From Candidatus Hodarchaeota archaeon (lineage in GTDB: Archaea; Asgardarchaeota; Heimdallarchaeia; Hodarchaeales; Hodarchaeaceae): a stretch of 13,095 bases of DNA. Under the pieces are notes generated by a model. The model was not told the DNA's origin and searched no databases. It saw only the letters and a program-made list of their open reading frames with translations. A program made the position numbers and the translations under genes. Below, in pieces: positions 7,903 through 13,095 of this stretch (the first letter of the stretch is position 1; each line of letters opens with the position of its first letter). The stretch is from the NCBI GenBank assembly GCA_016840035.1, contig JAEOTC010000224.1, forward strand, positions 1-13,095, given 5' to 3'.

Positions 7903-8688
7903 CTAAAATATTGACATATTAATACTTTGTTGATTATTTCTTTCCTTCAGATGGGCTATTGTAATATTGAGCGCATTTTTTAGATTCATAAGGAAAACAA
8001 ATCCCTTCTCTGTAACTTTGAAGTTCTTCAAACGAGTATCTAACATAACAACGTCTGACAGATATGTTTCTAGGTAATTTAGGGTCACTAATTTTTTGAT
8101 TTGTCTAGAAAGGGTCGAAGGAGGGATATTAAGACTTTTAGAGAGTTTAGTTGGGTTTGTTTCAGTGGGATCCTGGTAAGCGATTTCAATTAATGTAAAT
8201 ATAGTGTTATTTCTAATTTTTGTTTGTAATTCTTGTTTAATCTCCGATGGGAAAAAATCTAACATTGTACTCGGTGTGGAAAAATTAGTAAGAAGATGAA
8301 TATCTTGAAATTTTAAAGTGGTGGTATTTTGTATGTTTTCTAATCCAATAGTAATTTTATTTCTTATAATTTTCAGGAATTCAACTTCACTTGACGGAAA
8401 TAGGGTATTAATATTACTATTATTTTGATTTTTATATTTTGAGCGATAATACCTTGCTATAATGACTGTGAATGTGATTATAAAGAGTAATATTACCAAG
8501 AACGTCGTTAAAAAACTAAAAAGTCCTTTTTGTTCTTTTAATGGTAATTCAGGTTTAATATTTGAAGTCAATCCTTGAAAAAAGAGAATTAATGTCACCA
8601 GTATTAAAACGCTGATGCTAATTATCTGAAACCCTTTTTTCATATTCAATGTAGGTAATGATGATTGATTCGGCATCAGGAAGCACAC
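7903..8688 (-). CDS. Membrane-tethered winged helix-turn-helix protein (MarR/ArsR-like)
   Basis: Two N-terminal hydrophobic helices; C-terminal TNPTKLSKSLNIPPSTLSRQIKKLVTLNYLE...DTRLKNFKVTEKG (MarR-type HTH and wing). Start may be 8676 or 8643. Confidence 0.8.
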   Translation of the reverse strand: MCFLMPNQSSLPTLNMKKGFQIISISVLILVTLILFFQGLTSNIKPELPLKEQKGLFSFLTTFLVILLFIITFTVIIARYYRSKYKNQNNSNINTLFPSSEVEFLKIIRNKITIGLENIQNTTTLKFQDIHLLTNFSTPSTMLDFFPSEIKQELQTKIRNNTIFTLIEIAYQDPTETNPTKLSKSLNIPPSTLSRQIKKLVTLNYLETYLSDVVMLDTRLKNFKVTEKGFVFLMNLKNALNITIAHLKERNNQQSINMSIF

Positions 8689-9014
8689 ATCATTGTTTAT
8701 CTATTCTTTGATTCCAATATTGCATTGAACTATTACTATAAAAGTTAGAATAAGAGTGCAATACATTTGAATACAGAACTAAACGTTTTTGTAAAAGGAG
8801 ATTTTTTTTCTATATCGATAGTTCAGCTTCTTCCCGTTATGTTAATCAAGTAGATGCATCGTGCTCAATTATTTTCTTTTCTCAACCTGTTTTTTACGAT
8901 ATTTTAGGGATTGCTCCAGAATTTGATCCCTGTTTTGGATATTTAATAGCTAGGATTATCATTGAATACCATAATCTCACAGACCCTAAATTAATTAAAA
9001 ACAAACCGCCAAAA

Positions 9015-9042
9015 ATGTTGTCTATGGCTGGATAAATGTATA
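9015..9042 (+). repeat. Degenerate dif-like site (spacer GGCTGG)
   Basis: ATGTTGTCTAT GGCTGG ATAAATGTATA; left arm 8/11 identical to the 12954 arm. Confidence 0.5.
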
Positions 9043-9060
9043 TTTCTAGGTATATTCATC

Positions 9061-9093
9061 TATATGTTGACGTAAAACTTGTATTTTATCCAA
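9061..9093 (+). repeat. 33-bp repeat containing a dif-like site with spacer CTTGTA
   Basis: 31/33 identical to 12979-13011; core TTGACGTAAAA CTTGTA TTTTATCCAAG. Confidence 0.9.
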
Positions 9094-9156
9094 GAAGCAA
9101 TAAAAAATGGGTAATTATACAGTAAAGTCGATACTATTCTAGATTCTTATCCACCA

Positions 9157-9184
9157 ACTCCGTCAAAGGCTGGTTTAGATTACA
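9157..9184 (+). repeat. dif-like intergenic site (spacer GGCTGG)
   Basis: ACTCCGTCAAA GGCTGG TTTAGATTACA; 9156-9173 is identical to 12351-12368. Confidence 0.9.
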
Positions 9185-9368
9185 AAAGTATATGGTATAT
9201 ACAGATGTAAATCACCATTAGAAAAAATAGATTAATTATAAAGTGCTTACACCTTCTGTTGATCTGGATCGAATATAGCGTTTTGAGGAGGTTCGATTAA
9301 GCAGATCTATCTTCACTCCAGAGTTTACCTCAGAAATACAACCTGCTGCGATTGGAAAATCTGAACAA

Positions 9369-11567
9369 TCAGGATAGAATCTTTCTTAGGCGCTTTCTTC
9401 TGACAAACAACACTCCTAAAGTGATTATAATTATTATTCCTAAGAATCCTGAGGTTTGTTGGGATGTCGATAAAATTGTAGTAGAGGTGGAGTCTACGGC
9501 AGTAGATAGAGTTGAACTTGAGTCACTTGTTGATAGAGGTTCTGGAAATGTTTGTAAAACCACCTCTGAAAACGACCCTTCACCGTTTTCATTCAGAGCT
9601 GTTACCATATAATAATACGTTATATCAGCCTGTCCACTGCCATCGAAGAACGTGGTTCCTAATGCTATACCGATAAGCATGTATTCATCTGGAGCTATTC
9701 CTCTGTACACGTTATAGCGCAGGATTTCAGACCCTCCATTGGCTTGAGGCTCTATCCAACTTAATCGAACACCAGCTCCACTTACGACAGCTTCCAGATT
9801 CTCTGGTGAGCTTGGTACTGAATATTGATTTGTCTCAAATGGGTTAGTTAACAACGGATTGGGATCATAGTATATTAAACCACTGATTCGATAATAAGAG
9901 CCTGCTAGATCCGACCAATAGTTACCTTCCCCAGTCACGATATCATACCAGTAAACTTGAGGATCCGCAACGATAAGATCCACAATTTTTGCTTGGGAGG
10001 GGTACATAGCTGTAAACTTGTTGTCAATGAATGCATTGTGATGGACATGGAGTTCTTTTGGTCTTTCACATGTAATTCCATGGAAAGAATTATTAATTAT
10101 TTGATTATACATAATCCTACATTCGGTTATTCCGTAGATCATAATGCCTGTGTTGGAATTATTAAATACTAGATTATGAGTGACTATAATACTGTCATCA
10201 TCAAAATCTGAAGCAAAGTACATACCAGCGGAATTCGATGCACAGGTATTATTCACAATGACAACATTTATGGGATAATAAACATTAATTCCATAGTAAG
10301 AATTTCCTTCAAGATGATTGCTACTTATGACAACCTCCTCTAAATTTCCTCCATGTATTCCGTATCTGTTCTTGATGAAAGTATTGTTGTGTAAGAAGAT
10401 ATCCATTGAGCTGCTAATCTGAATCCCGTAAAGTTCATTTGAATAGATAGTACTATTGATCAGCTTACATTGATAAGAATTGTAAATCACGATTCCTCCA
10501 TAGCTATTTTCACTACAAATGCTATTACTAATCTTTATATCAGTGATTCTATGTATAGTGATCCCTATTATTGTATTTGAGCAATAAAAATTCTCAATAG
10601 TAATATTCCATGCATTAACCACAATGATTTGACCATAGGCAGAGGAAAGCTGCTGATGGTTTTCTCCGTTAGAGAAATATAAGGGCAAATCATTTACTGT
10701 GTTATTTACAATTGTAAAATTATTCAGTTCGTCAATAGCAGTAACTAGAAGGGCAAGACCCCCATTTTCAAATGAATTGTTTATGATAGTCGCATTATGA
10801 GAGTTTTGATAGATACTTGCGTTACTGAACTGGTTCTCACGATATGTAATATTGACAGACTCCCCTCCAGTGCTTATCCCATATAAAGAACTGTTTGAAA
10901 GACTGTTCTCTTGAATGATCAACGAGCTAGAATGGGCAACATTGAGCCCGAGCCTGTTTACATCAAACGTACACCCTTTAATGGTGATAAAATCAGAATA
11001 AAGGAGATTTAACGCTGTGTCGTGATCCGTGAAGTTGGAAGCCCTGATGTCGATAACTGTGCTTGAAGTGGAATATATTCCAACGAAATTATTCGCAAAA
11101 ATGTTTTCATCCATATTCATAAATCTACTATCTAGTATATTTATACCATAATCTAATTCCTGAAAAGTATTATTATAAATGGTCCCATAACTATTATTCA
11201 CTGAATCAATATATATTCCAGTACCTCCTGAAATCCCTTGAAATAAACAATTTTGTATCACGAAATAGGTATCATTCACATTGGTAATATTTATACAGGG
11301 AACGGAGTTATTAATAAATCTATAATCTTCGATATAGAACGGATCCCCGGATGATCCATCTCCTCTGGATGCATATGTTGCAAAACCACTTTTATCCGTT
11401 ATTTCAATTGGATCATGGTCTTCATAGTCATTTATAGAAAATATGGAAGGAATCCTTTGAGGAGCGTTATTAAAATCTTCTTGTTCAAGGGGTACATACT
11501 TAACTGAAATAGTAGCTAGTAATCCGATTATTAAGGACAGAATAATGAATTTTGTAACTTTTTCCAA
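9369..11567 (-). CDS. Cell-surface protein: right-handed parallel beta-helix (NosD-like) repeats, fibronectin type III domain, Ser/Thr linker and C-terminal sorting/TM anchor
   Basis: Signal-like N-terminus; HDPIEI...GDGSSGDPFYIE; many N..GI repeats; GNYWSD; PSSPENL...VRLSW..P..NGGS.I..YNVYRG...YYYMVTALN..GEG (FN3); STSDSSST linker; SGF, hydrophobic helix and RRKR tail. Confidence 0.9.
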   Translation of the reverse strand: MEKVTKFIILSLIIGLLATISVKYVPLEQEDFNNAPQRIPSIFSINDYEDHDPIEITDKSGFATYASRGDGSSGDPFYIEDYRFINNSVPCINITNVNDTYFVIQNCLFQGISGGTGIYIDSVNNSYGTIYNNTFQELDYGINILDSRFMNMDENIFANNFVGIYSTSSTVIDIRASNFTDHDTALNLLYSDFITIKGCTFDVNRLGLNVAHSSSLIIQENSLSNSSLYGISTGGESVNITYRENQFSNASIYQNSHNATIINNSFENGGLALLVTAIDELNNFTIVNNTVNDLPLYFSNGENHQQLSSAYGQIIVVNAWNITIENFYCSNTIIGITIHRITDIKISNSICSENSYGGIVIYNSYQCKLINSTIYSNELYGIQISSSMDIFLHNNTFIKNRYGIHGGNLEEVVISSNHLEGNSYYGINVYYPINVVIVNNTCASNSAGMYFASDFDDDSIIVTHNLVFNNSNTGIMIYGITECRIMYNQIINNSFHGITCERPKELHVHHNAFIDNKFTAMYPSQAKIVDLIVADPQVYWYDIVTGEGNYWSDLAGSYYRISGLIYYDPNPLLTNPFETNQYSVPSSPENLEAVVSGAGVRLSWIEPQANGGSEILRYNVYRGIAPDEYMLIGIALGTTFFDGSGQADITYYYMVTALNENGEGSFSEVVLQTFPEPLSTSDSSSTLSTAVDSTSTTILSTSQQTSGFLGIIIIITLGVLFVRRKRLRKILS

Positions 11568-11817
11568 ACCTTTTACACCAACTCAAATACTTTTTACTAC
11601 TTTCATGGAATATCATATATTGGGAATTCAAGCTTTTTAGATTAACCAATTCGGGGAAAATTTTGAAATACTGAAACTCTATAGGATATGAATCAAGGGA
11701 AAGTATAAACAATCCAGAAGGCTAAGAAAGATGATATTAAACGTCATCCTCCACAAATGATTATACCAAGAGATCTGTACTTGTTGTTGGAAAAGGGGTT
11801 AAATTCCATCTAGAAAT

Positions 11818-12186
11818 CTATTGAGCTATGATAAGAACTATTTGAACTATTGAAAAGACTAATGTGCTTGTAAGGATGGAGTAGGAAGTTTTTGTTGTAA
11901 ATTCCGCTCGGTTTTTCACCTTGATGAAATACATATGAATACCAAATGCCCCGATGCCTGTAAAACTTAGAATAATTGCGAAAATTAAGCCGAGAACTGA
12001 TTGTTTATAGACTTCAACGAGGCCCATCATGAAGAAGGGAAGAATAGGAATATGAAAAAGTAAAAATCCAGTGATATCACCAGGTAGATTAAAAAGTTTC
12101 CATTCCTGCCAGTAAGCTGAATCTATTTCATGAAGAATCAAGAGAGTAGCAGTTATAAGATAATTGAAGAACAAAAGATTATACAT
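11818..12186 (-). CDS. DUF6713-like membrane protein
   Basis: LLILHEIDSAYWQEWKLFNLPG..GFLLFHIP motif recognised from memory; 4 TM helices with conserved-looking His residues. Confidence 0.75.
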   Translation of the reverse strand: MYNLLFFNYLITATLLILHEIDSAYWQEWKLFNLPGDITGFLLFHIPILPFFMMGLVEVYKQSVLGLIFAIILSFTGIGAFGIHMYFIKVKNRAEFTTKTSYSILTSTLVFSIVQIVLIIAQ

Positions 12187-12351
12187 CTAAGTTAAACCTT
12201 CCTAAGCATTGAGTATCCCCGTTTGAATTTATATCTCAGTATACAGTGTGTTCACTATATTACTCAAATTAGGAAAAAACCTCAGCCTCCACCATATTTG
12301 AGAAAGGGATTTTGCAGATAAATAGATAACTCTATTAGTGCAATTATCTGA

Positions 12352-12379
12352 ACTCCGTCAAAGGCTGGATTAACTCCAA
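12352..12379 (+). repeat. dif-like intergenic site (spacer GGCTGG)
   Basis: ACTCCGTCAAA GGCTGG ATTAACTCCAA. Confidence 0.9.
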
Positions 12380-12449
12380 TAAAAAACTATAAAGATCTTC
12401 CCTGGGATATTTGGACTAGACTCATTTCTTTTACGAAATTTAAGTTCAT

Positions 12450-12839
12450 TTATTTAGTGGTATTTGGCGAAATCCTAATAACTATAGCCTTAGATCTCTT
12501 ATAACATTTTGGACATTTTAAATACTTCCAACCACCTCTTAAATTTAGTCCATGGGGACTAAGAAGATCCGATAAAAAAGAAATTCGAAATTCGTGTCCA
12601 CAAATTTCGCATTTATAGGCAAAATTCTGTTTATGCCAATTAACAAGAAGAATAATTGTAAATAATACAACTACAATCAAAATCATAAACCAGACTAACC
12701 AAAAGTCAGGAAATATCAATAATAGAACAACGAAAAATAGTATAACTATAATAAAATAACTTAATAGTCCAAAAATGATTTTTATCTGATTCGTGTTGAT
12801 TATAGATAAATTCCTTTCTAGTTCCTTATCTTCTGACAT
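12450..12839 (-). CDS. Membrane protein with C-terminal zinc ribbon
   Basis: Two TM helices followed by YKCEICGHEF...KYLKCPKC (two CxxC pairs). Confidence 0.8.
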   Translation of the reverse strand: MSEDKELERNLSIINTNQIKIIFGLLSYFIIVILFFVVLLLIFPDFWLVWFMILIVVVLFTIILLVNWHKQNFAYKCEICGHEFRISFLSDLLSPHGLNLRGGWKYLKCPKCYKRSKAIVIRISPNTTK

Positions 12840-12953
12840 ACAAATTCCTCTTAAATAAATTTGATTGAGTTAATATTATTAGTTTATAGTTATTTAACTA
12901 ATTAAAATCTATTGTTCAATAAATGTAAGAAAACAGAACTTTTTATATAAAAA

Positions 12954-12981
12954 ATGTCGTCAAACCAACCTTAACGTATAT
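12954..12981. repeat. dif-like site with inverted spacer (CCAACC)
   Basis: ATGTCGTCAAA CCAACC TTAACGTATAT; near-copy of the 3188 site. Confidence 0.75.
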
Positions 12982-13011
12982 ATGTTGTCGTAAAACTTGT
13001 ATTTAATCCAA
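12979..13011 (+). repeat. 33-bp repeat containing a dif-like site with spacer CTTGTA
   Basis: Core TTGTCGTAAAA CTTGTA TTTAATCCAAA; 31/33 identical to 9061-9093. Confidence 0.9.
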
Positions 13012-13095
13012 ACAAGGCTAGTTTGAATCAATTGATTCTTCATTATTAGATTAGAGGAAACTGAACCACCACATAGAGAAGGATACTAAAACTAA

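Noticed and set aside
8810-9035. Stop-free plus-strand frame (...FYDILGIAPEFDPCFGYLIARIIIEYHNLTDPK...)
   Set aside because: No convincing start and no recognisable family; cannot be supported as a gene or pseudogene.
657-11712. Short alternative-frame or antisense ORFs in the track (657-866, 798-983, 1724-1942, 2000-2200, 3423-3641, 5053-5487, 5666-5899, 6146-6409, 7293-7484, 7324-7521, 9352-9612, 9957-10172, 11500-11712)
   Set aside because: They overlap well-supported genes and show no recognisable motifs; treated as shadow ORFs.
11709-11736. ACAATCCAGAA-GGCTAA-GAAAG as a site
   Set aside because: Lacks the CGTMAAA arm and the full spacer.
4213-12448. Canonical integron attC sites
   Set aside because: No properly placed RYYYAAC...GTTRRRY cores and no intI in the window; kept only as a structural analogy.
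2925-13032. CRISPR array interpretation of the repeats
   Set aside because: Copies are degenerate and irregularly spaced up to kilobases apart with genes between them; no cas genes.

Overview
AT-rich window of probable archaeal origin. The protein families and promoter style suggest Asgard/Heimdallarchaeia (Hodarchaeales-like), which is an inference. It carries a string of functionally unrelated accessory units: an aldo/keto reductase, a surface-anchored nucleoside hydrolase, a PIN/UPF0175 toxin-antitoxin pair, an ABC exporter-DUF2178-XRE operon, an LVIVD-repeat protein, a membrane-tethered winged-helix protein, a beta-helix/FN3 surface protein, a DUF6713-like protein and a Zn-ribbon membrane protein. 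All genes from 1672 onward are on the minus strand. The main unexplained signal is a family of ~28-bp intergenic sites at most unit boundaries. They have an 11-6-11 layout (conserved arm NNNYCGTMAAA, spacer GGCTGG/CCARCC or CTTGTA, variable second arm) reminiscent of tyrosine-recombinase dif/pdif/lox sites. Some have inverted partner arms next to stop codons and some form gene-free clusters. An 81-bp direct repeat flanks the reductase gene. Together this suggests a site-specific-recombination cassette array (dif-module or integron-like). No recombinase gene is present in the window, so the mechanism is a hypothesis.
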